Below, piece by piece: positions 40,101 to 47,534 of a stretch of DNA of 47,795 bases; position 1 is the first letter of the stretch, and every line of letters starts with the position of its first letter. A program made the translations under genes and the position numbers. Source of the stretch: Prevotella sp. (GTDB taxonomy: Bacteria > Bacteroidota > Bacteroidia > Bacteroidales > Bacteroidaceae); the NCBI GenBank assembly GCA_017460765.1, contig JAFUAK010000159.1, forward strand, positions 1-47,795, written 5' to 3'. The notes beneath the pieces are model-generated. The model was not told the DNA's origin and did not search any database. It worked only from the letters and a program-made list of their open reading frames with translations.

Positions 40101-43100
40101 TGACGATACTCCGTATAGGCTGCCGCATTGAGACTGTGCGTACCGTCGTAGATAGCATTCTGCTTGTCCGACTCCTTCATATAGGTACTGAGCCGAACGC
40201 TGAAGTCCTCAGAACCGAGGATGCGCCCGCCAAGGTCATTGCCGCCGTAGATATGGTCGCGCACGTAGGGGAAGCCCAACTTGAAACCAGGTTCCAAGGT
40301 ATTGTCAGCACTGGGCTGTCTGCCCACGTAGGTCTCCGTATGTCCGAGAATGTCGGCATTACAACTGCCTGCGAAGGAGTTGAAGATACGTCCGTTACCG
40401 AGGTTGATGATAGTGTTTCCGCAGACAGGACCTTCGAAGCCACCGCCATAGATAAACTCTGCGGCAGCCATATCGTCGTTGTCACCAGCGGCATCGCGAG
40501 CCACACCAGCGTAATTACCCTTCACATTGATGGTACAACTATAGGCGGGATTATATTGATATAACTTGCCATTGAAGGCGTAGGTACCGTCGGAATTAAT
40601 AGTTCCATCAGTTGCTTCTGTACTTCTTACATTGCCTTCTGCATCCTCAAGGCGCTTACCAATAACCCCCTGTTCTCCGCCGCCAAAGATCTGGAAGGTG
40701 TAGCCTTTGTTCATGTTGATGGTCACGTTACCCCATATTTCCGAGTCTTTACCCAAGCCGCCGCCAAAGACGTTGAGGGCGGAGCCGAGCACGTCCATAC
40801 CCTGCTCGTCGAGGATAACGCCAGAGACACGCTCCTTTATATCATAACTGTCGTTTTCATAGAGTTTGGCCTCACCACCCTCTTGTTCTATCTGGTCGAA
40901 CACGGCGTGTTCGCCCTTACGATCAACCACGGTTGCATTCATATTGATAATCACATTACCATTGATATGTCCGCTTTTGTAGCAACCGCCATAGACATTA
41001 CCACCCTTCAGGCGGCGGTCTTTATCCGTTTCATTATAGACTCCCGATGTCACGGGTTCCACTTCCAAGCCGCTGCTAGCGGAGATAGTGTTCCACTCCA
41101 GGTCGCTTTGGTCCTCCTTCCAGCGCTTGGGCTGAATCTTCAGGCCGCTGAGGTTCAACTCCAACTTATCGCCGATAGAATCCGGCGTCCCGATATAGCC
41201 ACCTTCGTAGGCTGCATTGTATTCAGAGCCTATCACGTTGGCATTGTTGCAGCCACCCACCAATTTGTTATAGATGACGACTTTGTGGCTGAAGTCGATT
41301 GTCGTCTTGTCGGGTATCTTCATACTTCCCACGTTACCGCCACAGAAGAACGATCCGAAATAAGAGGAATAATCTATATAGTCAGCAGGATCGCCATTAT
41401 TCTTCTTTGCAAATATGACACTGGGCTTCAGTTTCATCGTCGCACCATCCATGTAAGATGCGAACTTCTCTGCATCAGTCATTTCAATCGTACTGAACTT
41501 GTTTGAATTCCCTGCATATTTTACCGGGTCAATTTCTGCCAGGGTCTTGCCATAAGTACGCAGCACGCCCTCATTAGGATGAGCAGCATCTTTATCGTGC
41601 GTCTCCACCATGTGCTCGCCATTGTTGCCAAGGAACACGTTATCGGCAATGACGTATGGACCCACTTTCAATTCTACCTTCGGTTTGTCCTTGTTTGACG
41701 ACAGCGAGGCACTGTTACCGCCGCAGTAGATAGAGCCATGGATGATGGTCTTCTTGTCTTCTGTCTTGCCTTGCAGATAGATGGACACCTGCTCAGCATT
41801 GGGTCGGAATTCATTGAGGGCCTCAACGGACTGTAATGGCGAGTAGCCTTTCTCCGTCATAAAGTCACCATAATAGAGGTCTCCATAGGTGGGGTCGTCC
41901 TTCAGATCAGCATTATCGGTATAGGGATAGGAGCCATTGCCGCCGCCATAGATATCGCCATAGACAGTGGCATAGATACCAACAGTATTACCGCCGGACA
42001 CGTTGCCCGTGATGTCGTTGCCACCATAGACATTGTTGATATGACCACCCAGAATACGGGTGCGTGCCGACATGCCACCAGGGATATTCAACTTGTTACC
42101 GAAATCATCCTCAGTGATGTTTTCCGCCGTGATAGAGTTACCATTATCATCCTTAGGATCGACATCGGCCATGCGACAGCCACCATAAACATTGTCAATA
42201 ATGATGCTGGAAGTCTCTGGGATTTGCAGCAGCAACCCGTCTCGACTGGTCATGGCACCCCGGTTACCGCCAGAATAGACGTTTCTGATTCTCCCGCTTA
42301 TCAGGTTCCACCGTGGGCGTATCTTCATCGGTGCCGTGTTGTTGCCACCGAAGAGACTACCTATCTGGAAGGCATCGCTTGACGGATAGGTGTAGCCGGG
42401 GTTGAGCCCCATCTTTTCTACGACACGATTATCCTTGGTAATCTGGTCGACACCATCTACCAGAATTTTATTCACCACCTCGCTGGGGTTGTCCACATAG
42501 ATCACCGTCTTCTCCGTCACCGTGGCGTTGTTGCCGCCACCGAAAGCATAGACGATGCTGCCGCCCATAATCTCCAGATAGGTCCTTTCTATGTCGGGTT
42601 CGGAGAGTCCCCCCTCGGTCGTCTGGACCACGATCTCGTTTGTCTTGGTATCCCGGAGCGTATGGGTGGTCACGCCATCGACGGTAGAGGTCTCATGGAT
42701 GTAATCGCCATTGCCGCCTCCGAAGAGTTGGCCGATATAGACTTTTCCTTTATTTACACTTTCATCTTCTGTATTCGATGATGTGATGCGCACGAAGGCG
42801 TTCCAGTTCTTATCGACAAGATTGGCTGATGCTTTCTTTATCTCGTCGGGCACAGCATCGCCCTTACCGATACTGCCGGCAATGTCATTGCCGCCATAGA
42901 CATGATTGATGAGGATGTAGTCAGAAGCCTTCTCACCGTCGATATGCACGAACGCATGCCCGCCGACATTGGCCATACGGGCACCGCCGAAGACACGGTT
43001 CAAGTCACCTTCACGTACCGTGACATTGGTATTGCCATCCGTATCGCCGGCATTACCGCCGCCATACACATTACCGCCAATCACAATCTGTGCCTTGACG

Positions 43101-43192
43101 ACTGCAACCTGAAGCATCAGCGTCAGGAGGAGCAGCACCAGTCTGCCTCTCCCGCGCGTACCTAATATATTATATATAGACATCTTCATCAT
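31184..43192 (-). CDS. 4002-aa giant surface protein: N-terminal GGG beta-solenoid, Tyr/Cys-rich middle, GLUG-like region, T9SS CTD
   Basis: 12-kb uninterrupted ORF; signal peptide ending VVKA; roughly 35-40 (V/I/L/A)(F/Y)GG-type units in the first ~1900 aa; C-terminus GVYIV...YVKKVIVR. Confidence 0.88.
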   Translation of the reverse strand: MMKMSIYNILGTRGRGRLVLLLLTLMLQVAVVKAQIVIGGNVYGGGNAGDTDGNTNVTVREGDLNRVFGGARMANVGGHAFVHIDGEKASDYILINHVYGGNDIAGSIGKGDAVPDEIKKASANLVDKNWNAFVRITSSNTEDESVNKGKVYIGQLFGGGNGDYIHETSTVDGVTTHTLRDTKTNEIVVQTTEGGLSEPDIERTYLEIMGGSIVYAFGGGNNATVTEKTVIYVDNPSEVVNKILVDGVDQITKDNRVVEKMGLNPGYTYPSSDAFQIGSLFGGNNTAPMKIRPRWNLISGRIRNVYSGGNRGAMTSRDGLLLQIPETSSIIIDNVYGGCRMADVDPKDDNGNSITAENITEDDFGNKLNIPGGMSARTRILGGHINNVYGGNDITGNVSGGNTVGIYATVYGDIYGGGNGSYPYTDNADLKDDPTYGDLYYGDFMTEKGYSPLQSVEALNEFRPNAEQVSIYLQGKTEDKKTIIHGSIYCGGNSASLSSNKDKPKVELKVGPYVIADNVFLGNNGEHMVETHDKDAAHPNEGVLRTYGKTLAEIDPVKYAGNSNKFSTIEMTDAEKFASYMDGATMKLKPSVIFAKKNNGDPADYIDYSSYFGSFFCGGNVGSMKIPDKTTIDFSHKVVIYNKLVGGCNNANVIGSEYNAAYEGGYIGTPDSIGDKLELNLSGLKIQPKRWKEDQSDLEWNTISASSGLEVEPVTSGVYNETDKDRRLKGGNVYGGCYKSGHINGNVIINMNATVVDRKGEHAVFDQIEQEGGEAKLYENDSYDIKERVSGVILDEQGMDVLGSALNVFGGGLGKDSEIWGNVTINMNKGYTFQIFGGGEQGVIGKRLEDAEGNVRSTEATDGTINSDGTYAFNGKLYQYNPAYSCTINVKGNYAGVARDAAGDNDDMAAAEFIYGGGFEGPVCGNTIINLGNGRIFNSFAGSCNADILGHTETYVGRQPSADNTLEPGFKLGFPYVRDHIYGGNDLGGRILGSEDFSVRLSTYMKESDKQNAIYDGTHSLNAAAYTEYRQGHVENIFGGCYGDYDYTDPYFSKFTNQDGSDKAGFRKPRLHNAFVNFRPESHTSNSVARVFGAGQGHEKGVNDKIQADKMQDRSYVLIDIPSDDTRFAGLEVFGSGAQCGLGMAANVPPTTAEDLDNYKNTVDQEYSSVIDLFRGTIANVYGGSYNEGLTRRTVVNVPSVSTITVQSLFGGAYGNDPLYPCDVYESHVKYDSENATVKGNIYGGNNKADRTLYAQVNVCKPVWQDKEKGYLATVYGAGYGEDSWAQYTEVNLNPGARVYEVYGGGQNGRVINQSSLLKWQETENDLDLFMYDYKENGLDNYLVTTTALADKYGTNKKYNTNVHINEGALVEGYAYGGGLGDVDIPTSGDVLGATYIDLLGGTVNKDIYAAGTTGAVLDYYGVSSAGFTPTGDTEAVDGFIASSNAYIKGGTCRNVYGGGWQGAVGKHTYTTGSRINSKGKEERYLKYLIDESKDDDSDGEANVIIGDPDGTLFTNGIPAIERNAYGGGEGGPVFGTANITLNKGYIGYRYFDSEEDAAADYLTFANREKNVLAKPDIVPAGIADGGGYYQEKLHDETWDGDGTDRLNDSGCMFGGGYIDNSYVDVSNVTMYDGHVRNALFGGGEIAAIGRGIVDVSGEDNSVRSDPVIHKAGHTTVKLYDGYVHRNVFGGGRGYNNLGDGGTLYTDGYVFGQTEVNIYGGVVGTDEELAKGNGNVFGGGDIGYVYSAYENADGVLCRGTFLGKRYDDGDEGYYYEYENGEYLEVDGEKILTEDCKVLVEPWCKVKTTAVTFDGTTYDVGEYVPTAYLNTLGNKNAPEWANLYDDGIIIRNAVFAGGNTSSGSSKVYANATSIFGNATASIHDVYHRDLITVGTGHVGGLYGDGNLTFVDGYRGLNITNYGTDYYTISKEIDIDAYHELPEREAAYYELRYKCIKDCTDKDGTAYYAKSNAHPQASTISADDLITLFEGINGDNDQPMVDASGKPQEAYWEENGVCSRYAGRPMNTIQRADFCGVFGSRMVMQGARDRVPEAADFTNYTINRVREVSLNKKESVISGDAGTGEAYHGNYFGIYNIVNYLGALTSDVDFNETVRTTDASDATKYKTPANGKAYGDATYADWKKQYKEDRRRNNGSSHNQVALASGVYLELTSEESTGNDLYEKDWGLITGVIELDLINVQTGIGGGFVYARNEHGNRTDLNLSHVTLTKLNTGAVTNRNFSYDTDDPDKEEWQTSGNFVHSTQTIIDDCYNISGKYKTNYKAPDGVPAHYWYVKGDIYVYDQEISAYTGAPNAYSETVEIPLTITAASHGKMKLLNVQPNWYAYYSSPGVKLKTENKVIINDVEYHLNDPISYWDYYLLSASEKALFVPKTYVTIADCKIGETEYPEGYVMLPDEYNTLRDNAPTKDIEDDDTDASVPSVYDTTKEKDVAFDYVFRPSNNLSHDTGYMLTYKVNNPTEWNTWYTQYASATAAKQQSAADDYNSGPTFHLSGTGGLLGQRDYDESNIISKEVYDTYQAAKTNHAAAIPATGQAEFEPAYMITEAVSITETVNGTTSTRHLNEDAIVSESYRTNHSLSSKTTPAYVCISTIQLSATEFIYLNSKMSEIERNGYVTRVTNDIKTILPTLTDEQIDGLTKLSDLDRLSEPPSLSNEQTKSLASLLALREEMKAYIVPAYYCTKEGKYGGNYYEGDRNYRGLEVFSSMSKDDRNQFTFNYDAFDLLIDPTYGGTAGQKYQYDSSAATEAAAEANRTGYSLEKPVDYTATYTGSKTDTYNGITLANGREYTRTEFEQLPNEKRHYSGIVVNTPGDYYVVKTSFQVGNTPYAIGATIPSSTYNTLGTSERECVTTLTFTQEQIEANKEEGAVRPFYYCREPYEISNSTGGTAVTGMVVTGATVTGSYSSNGNKNVPIGLVIDATTYKGLVNAQTDFTIHGIAPTEVSTLYVSRESDIFNLSTEKIITVIYQYDYEESDTYGNITPQSERHVVNIHLKFKSGVPFVEDIKVPQVILPGDNVSLREPDVTPGAYEVTGGGWEIFETIEDAESHTNGIDYLPSSDPLYWYQNGYYVAYYAKTYLGKTYSNHVPLSVANYHDLAAVMSAGHHYYVDNPSVKRDSKIYINDYSSISKNGLDLLKDMYDRSLDGTLNSHVSGLNHLDFILRADIGHSGTWESIGGTTCFSGTFHGDGYTITGLDHSLFDKLCGSVYNLGVMGSFTEAGVANSGDGYVESCWVKSSAESTSEVTRPYPVLGDPSASSDYQVVNCYYPESNKVLYNTGTHARGTATPMPDKAFYNGEVAYDLNNFYLYKRYSDQKTTSGLAYQYYKRDGSALKMDNEGQSEVQNGYYADNAALCSSGYRNIMYVEERFDDGDYRYAGGTIPESQDERYWKQTVTVIEGDKTTTKNVDRYLPIWPDDYIFFGQRLTYGHDELSAHQDNPTTINRSGNRLQTGDNSNRVYRAPAYFRSKEMSVAHFNPNAIFSATKKDDDQTLAYKGMTAIDFTGFNDGDYQLGNSSVGGTGSSLKGFYPPLLDDDGLTGFRNIDLTQNLLVYSGTETTAMTTTNTVVSNYLADPTFSETSTAYHTVAIAPTNGIKGHLVEKTEGAFTTSRDHLLVDKQDFNCPIAYTMGSGQRMWYQRTPDRFVNQEKGWDIVSLPFTSELVTTQDKGEITHFYRGSTTGHEYWLREYNGIDANATVPAGELAAKFTYPSATETRDKTDGNTFLWDYYYSKDSYWDKNVDEYQKTYYNSPRQYDGYPLAHAATPYLIGFPGETYYEFDLSGNWTPENRINSGVILSKGRQTISFVSKEGVQIGISDNENGTTQDGYTFRANYLNDPEIGAGKTAYLLDTDGDSFDKTETVATGAISAFRPYFVNPADASGGTRGKDVTRQPDKTQRIIFSGEIPSLGNATAIRDLGVGEDLIVKGGKKKIAVESQLRYTADVRIVTPAGITLKTFTIQPTEYVETRVETAGVYIVEGDEGRYVKKVIVR

Positions 43193-43207
43193 GAATTTTC
43201 GTTTTTA

Positions 43208-44320
43208 TCAATCTTCACTCACCACAAACGATGGACTATCCCAGTCGGAGAGTTGGTACAGATAGGTGGGATTCACCGTCATGGTCAGCACTCTCTTCTG
43301 TCCTCTCGTTATTCCCGCGAACAAATTCGACAGACTATTGACAGCCGTCTCACCTTCTCTTATCCTGTGCGTCCCTGTCGAATCATAGACATCGTATGTG
43401 CTCTCTATCGTAAGGGTTGTTGCAGCATAAGGGGCAAAATAGGCCGTCCCTACAATAGGCGTGGTCGTATCCAGTGGATCGCCTATTATTGTATTGCCTT
43501 CTTTTGTCTTAGATTCGAACAGGAACACCTTCTGATCATCCGCATCGGCATCAGCATCAACGAATATCGGCGAGCCGATGGGATTGGCACCGGGATTATC
43601 CGTTGTCAGCGGGATGGTCGCATTTACTTTCTTGCTCTTGCCGGTTTTCAATGTCACACTTTTGAGTTTGATACGGCGCAGTTGACTATACCCTGCATCA
43701 ACAAGAATCCTTACCTGGACTGACGCAAAGAGGTGGTCGACCAGCAACGATATGCCGTAGCCATCCTTCGTATCGTTCGGAGCGCTATAGTCGAAATTAC
43801 CTACCGTAATGATTTCGCTTTCATCCAGTGATCCATCATCATTCAGTGACCGGCCTAACACGCCCGTCACAATACAGATATCCTCACTGGATACCGGCGG
43901 CAGCCCATTAATCGTCATGGTTGCCGTATTGCCGCTGACAGTGGTATTGCCTGTGGCCACCGAGACAGGGATGTAGCCGAACACCTGATAGTCGGTACCT
44001 GGTCGCACCAGCAGCGATCCTGTTGCCATGTCACCGCTTGCCACTGCCACATTCCGGCCGCCATAGAGCACGGGAGCACTCTGCTTGTCGTTCCCCTGTA
44101 TCAGGAACAGTTGTATGGTCTTGTCCTTCATTGGGTCGTCGCCTTCCTCGTCGCCCCCGGCACGCGTCATAGAGGCCACATACAGCGGCTTGTCTGTCTG
44201 TACGTCAGGGCGTTCCGGTTCTAATGTCTCCATATGGTCAGTACAGTCTGTGAACAGACAGCCCCACCCCATGAGCAGCGCTGCCAGCCAAACTGTCTGT
44301 ATGTATCTTCCGACCTTCAT
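43208..44320 (-). CDS. Fimbrillin-like (type V pilin) lipoprotein
   Basis: Lipoprotein-type Cys (FTDC), MTRA propeptide motif, DHLFASVQV strand, beta-rich composition. Confidence 0.7.
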   Translation of the reverse strand: MKVGRYIQTVWLAALLMGWGCLFTDCTDHMETLEPERPDVQTDKPLYVASMTRAGGDEEGDDPMKDKTIQLFLIQGNDKQSAPVLYGGRNVAVASGDMATGSLLVRPGTDYQVFGYIPVSVATGNTTVSGNTATMTINGLPPVSSEDICIVTGVLGRSLNDDGSLDESEIITVGNFDYSAPNDTKDGYGISLLVDHLFASVQVRILVDAGYSQLRRIKLKSVTLKTGKSKKVNATIPLTTDNPGANPIGSPIFVDADADADDQKVFLFESKTKEGNTIIGDPLDTTTPIVGTAYFAPYAATTLTIESTYDVYDSTGTHRIREGETAVNSLSNLFAGITRGQKRVLTMTVNPTYLYQLSDWDSPSFVVSED

Positions 44321-44339
44321 TACTTCTCGTTCTATCTAT

Positions 44340-45539
44340 TTACCAGTTAAAGACCGGATGCGAATCAGACGATTCATTCCAGTCCGCAACATCTATACTG
44401 TATATCTTCAAATTCTCCTTAGCGGAGAAATAGCCATAAACGATCCACGTGTGGTTACGGCTGAAGTCGCCTACACTTGCCATACTAAACTTGGCTCTCT
44501 TCTCGTCAGTATCATTGCCAGTGGTGTAGTAGATCCAGCCCGTCACCTGCTTGTCGGTCTCGCGGAGATAGAATCGTCCTACCTGCCCCACCTCGGGCTG
44601 ACCATCATTGCCCTCGCCGGTGATGCCCTTGTTGATCAGTGTCTCATAATCTGTTCCTGACTGACCATTATAGGCATACTTGCTTGGATTGGCACATACA
44701 GGTATGTTGTCAGCACCAGTAAGCGGAGTCAGGGCATGCTCTCCATCCTCATAAATACCCCCCACCTTAACGCTTCTCTCTGTGTATGGATTATCCAGGA
44801 ACAGATATTCCTCCGTCGGGATCAGACCCGAATTAAACGTGATACGGTTAATCTTCAGCGTCTGCGTGGCCGTGCGACTGAACACGAAGCGCACCTTCGA
44901 CACGGCCCGAACCACAGTCACGGCTGTCGTCACCTTCAGCAAGGGTCTGTTAGGGGTGACTGCCTGGTTTTTCAGCAATCCCGACATCGGTAATCCACCA
45001 GATGGCACGGCTGATACGAGAGGAGGTGTCAGTCCGAAATAGTCCTGCGTGCCCGAGTGCTGGATCTTCTTTCCCGTGAGACTGTTTTCAGACTCAGCAG
45101 CGTCAATATTGAGGCCGGTATTGCCTGCACGCACATTAGCCGTCACATAGATATTCACGTTGGGATTTGCCTCGGCAAATTCCTCGCTGACCGTCATCTG
45201 GAACTCCCCACTCTTAAAATCCGAGTTTATCGTCGGGGATATATGGCCCACAAGTGCGCCATCCGATGCCTGATACACCCAGACGTCCAGATTGTGGATA
45301 GCCTGTTCTTCCGACTCAGCATTCACCTCATCCAAATCAGCACGGGTCACCACGGGGTGCTCCGGGGTGTATATCTTGATTTCCAGTTGGGCGGGATTCT
45401 TCACGTCGGGCGGCTGGGGACCGGGCACAGGTGCCGGCTCCGGTTCGTCACCGCCGCCACCACTGCTGCCACAAGCGCTACAGAACAGCATCATCATGCT
45501 GTACAACCACCAACTGATATGTCTGCTTCCGATATTCAT
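44340..45539 (-). CDS. Type V pilin-like lipoprotein (Fim/Mfa family)
   Basis: CSAC lipobox, VTRA, E..IHNLDVWVY, GLPMSG, RAVSKVRF, SRNH..., V.DW near the C-terminus. Confidence 0.78.
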   Translation of the reverse strand: MNIGSRHISWWLYSMMMLFCSACGSSGGGGDEPEPAPVPGPQPPDVKNPAQLEIKIYTPEHPVVTRADLDEVNAESEEQAIHNLDVWVYQASDGALVGHISPTINSDFKSGEFQMTVSEEFAEANPNVNIYVTANVRAGNTGLNIDAAESENSLTGKKIQHSGTQDYFGLTPPLVSAVPSGGLPMSGLLKNQAVTPNRPLLKVTTAVTVVRAVSKVRFVFSRTATQTLKINRITFNSGLIPTEEYLFLDNPYTERSVKVGGIYEDGEHALTPLTGADNIPVCANPSKYAYNGQSGTDYETLINKGITGEGNDGQPEVGQVGRFYLRETDKQVTGWIYYTTGNDTDEKRAKFSMASVGDFSRNHTWIVYGYFSAKENLKIYSIDVADWNESSDSHPVFNW

Positions 45540-45542
45540 CTT

Positions 45543-47504
45543 CTATTCTCCTTCATCATCTTCTTCTCCTTCTTCGGTGATGACCACCTTCGAGGGAGTG
45601 GATTCCGTCCAGTTCAACTTGATCGTGACGCTCACTTGCAGTCGGTCGGTCATCACGTTGGGCATCACATTATAGGCATGTGCCAGCGTCTCGATCGACA
45701 TTCCAAGCGTTGTCGTATGGTCTTGCGTAAAGACACGCTTATCCACATCTTCCTTCTCTCCGTCAGCCACACCTGTATCAGTTCCGTTATCCAGTTTCAC
45801 CTGGCCCACCAAATAGAACTTGGTGCCGCTGAACACGATACCGCGGTTCTCTCCCTTGAAGTCTGCGCCGTTGTTCTTCAGTTCCAGAATGACGTTCACG
45901 TTCTCGCGCTCCTTGCTCTGTAGCAGCAGTGTCTGGAATTCAGGTGATTCAGATGTTGACAGGTAAAGGTAAATCTCGCTATTCGACAACTTGCTGTCGT
46001 AGAGGAACGACTCATGGTCATTACCGTCGTCGGCGGTTTCCGGTTTGAAGTCGAACCCCACGGGATGCTGGCCTGTCACGATGAGACCGGTGACCTCAAA
46101 CGTTTCGTCGCCGACAGTGATCGGCGTTCCATCAGCATCTGACAGTTCGTTGGTCTTCGCCTTCACCGTTCCACAAAGGCGGGCTACGCCATACTGCATC
46201 ATCTTCTCGATGGCCACTGCCCGCGTGTTGGAACTGACTGCAGAGCCATCAGTATAGAGACCCACCACAGCACTCCAATCGGACTTGCCATCATAATCAG
46301 AAACAGACACTTCTGTGTTCTTTGTCTTGATGGTACTGTTACCCACATAATAGAGTTCTGCCGGATAAGTATAGCGCCCCATACCACTGATGGGTGCAGC
46401 CAAGGTGGTCTCTATCTGCGGTTCGAAGCCTTCAGTACCGTCAGTCTTCGTCACCCACCGCAATACGGCGGCACCATCGGGCAGCCCCATATCAGAAGGA
46501 TAGTTATCACATACGCCCAATGCGGTCACTTTATGGTCGGCATCGTGTGACACAGTCAATTGACTGACGTCTGCCACGGTTATCTGTTCAGCACTGATTC
46601 TGCTCTTGATGTTATCCACGATGGCCTTCTCCACCGTACCGTCCTCGAAAGCAGCATAGTCGCCACCGCAAAGATCAGCATACAGTTTATTCAGGTAGGC
46701 CTTCACATTGGCAGCAGAGCCTGCCATGATATCTGTATCACCATTCGATATGTTGATAGGTTTGTTGATAAAGCCCTCATAGAGATTCTTTAGTTTCTTC
46801 AGATTGTCGTTGGCATCATCGGGATTGCCAGCCGTCGCCCATTTATAAGACACGCTACCGACCGTCGCTTCTGCCTGTGCGATATGGGTCATATAGTCGG
46901 CAATGAAGATTCCCTTCTCAGGGGCGGTAGCCGCTCCATGGATAGGCTTTAACCGGAAAGTGAGATTGTCAGGGGTCACCGTCGTACTGACAGGAATGGC
47001 ACTAGTAGGTGTAGCATTTCCTACAATCACCTGTAGGGCCCCGTTTGTTGCCGGTTCGTTATCCTCAGAACTGCTATTCACTTTCCCATAGGTGAGGAAC
47101 GAGGCCGTTCCGTGCTTCAGGTAGAACTTATTGTAATAGCGATAGCGAATATTATCGCTAGACAGGGGAGAAGTGGTGGTATTATCAAAATCCTTACCAA
47201 TCTCACCTTCTTCATAATAAGTCGGCTTGTCGCCCAACTCGACCTCTCCCATCTTCGTAAATGGGATAAGCGTCAAGTTCTTTATGCCACGCCAGTTGTT
47301 ACCATCCTGCGTCACGCTTCCTGCCAAGCGGGTACCGGCGTAGGATGACGGCAGCGACAGGGCCAGATCAGCCAGGACATAGTCCTTCTCAGGCTCAGGC
47401 GTGGGTAACGGCTGTGGCACAGGCACATCCGTCAACACCTCCTGCTTCTGACATCCGGCAAGGATGACTGTCGTCAGACCTATCATGATGAGCAATCGTT
47501 TCAC
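45543..47504 (-). CDS. Large type V pilin-like lipoprotein
   Basis: LAGC lipobox, GTRL, YGVARL, C-terminal P....LQVSVTIKLNW strand resembling that of the upstream gene. Confidence 0.68.
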   Translation of the reverse strand: MKRLLIMIGLTTVILAGCQKQEVLTDVPVPQPLPTPEPEKDYVLADLALSLPSSYAGTRLAGSVTQDGNNWRGIKNLTLIPFTKMGEVELGDKPTYYEEGEIGKDFDNTTTSPLSSDNIRYRYYNKFYLKHGTASFLTYGKVNSSSEDNEPATNGALQVIVGNATPTSAIPVSTTVTPDNLTFRLKPIHGAATAPEKGIFIADYMTHIAQAEATVGSVSYKWATAGNPDDANDNLKKLKNLYEGFINKPINISNGDTDIMAGSAANVKAYLNKLYADLCGGDYAAFEDGTVEKAIVDNIKSRISAEQITVADVSQLTVSHDADHKVTALGVCDNYPSDMGLPDGAAVLRWVTKTDGTEGFEPQIETTLAAPISGMGRYTYPAELYYVGNSTIKTKNTEVSVSDYDGKSDWSAVVGLYTDGSAVSSNTRAVAIEKMMQYGVARLCGTVKAKTNELSDADGTPITVGDETFEVTGLIVTGQHPVGFDFKPETADDGNDHESFLYDSKLSNSEIYLYLSTSESPEFQTLLLQSKERENVNVILELKNNGADFKGENRGIVFSGTKFYLVGQVKLDNGTDTGVADGEKEDVDKRVFTQDHTTTLGMSIETLAHAYNVMPNVMTDRLQVSVTIKLNWTESTPSKVVITEEGEEDDEGE

Positions 47505-47534
47505 TTTATTCGCGCGTACCTTAATTAATATATA

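Noticed and set aside
31685-40564. Plus-strand ORFs of 260-570 aa inside the giant gene
   Set aside because: Antisense shadows of the 4002-aa ORF with no coherent protein features.
14809-43192. GGG repeats as RTX nonapeptides or autotransporter passengers
   Set aside because: They do not fit GGxGxDxUx, and there is no type I secretion gene or C-terminal beta-barrel.
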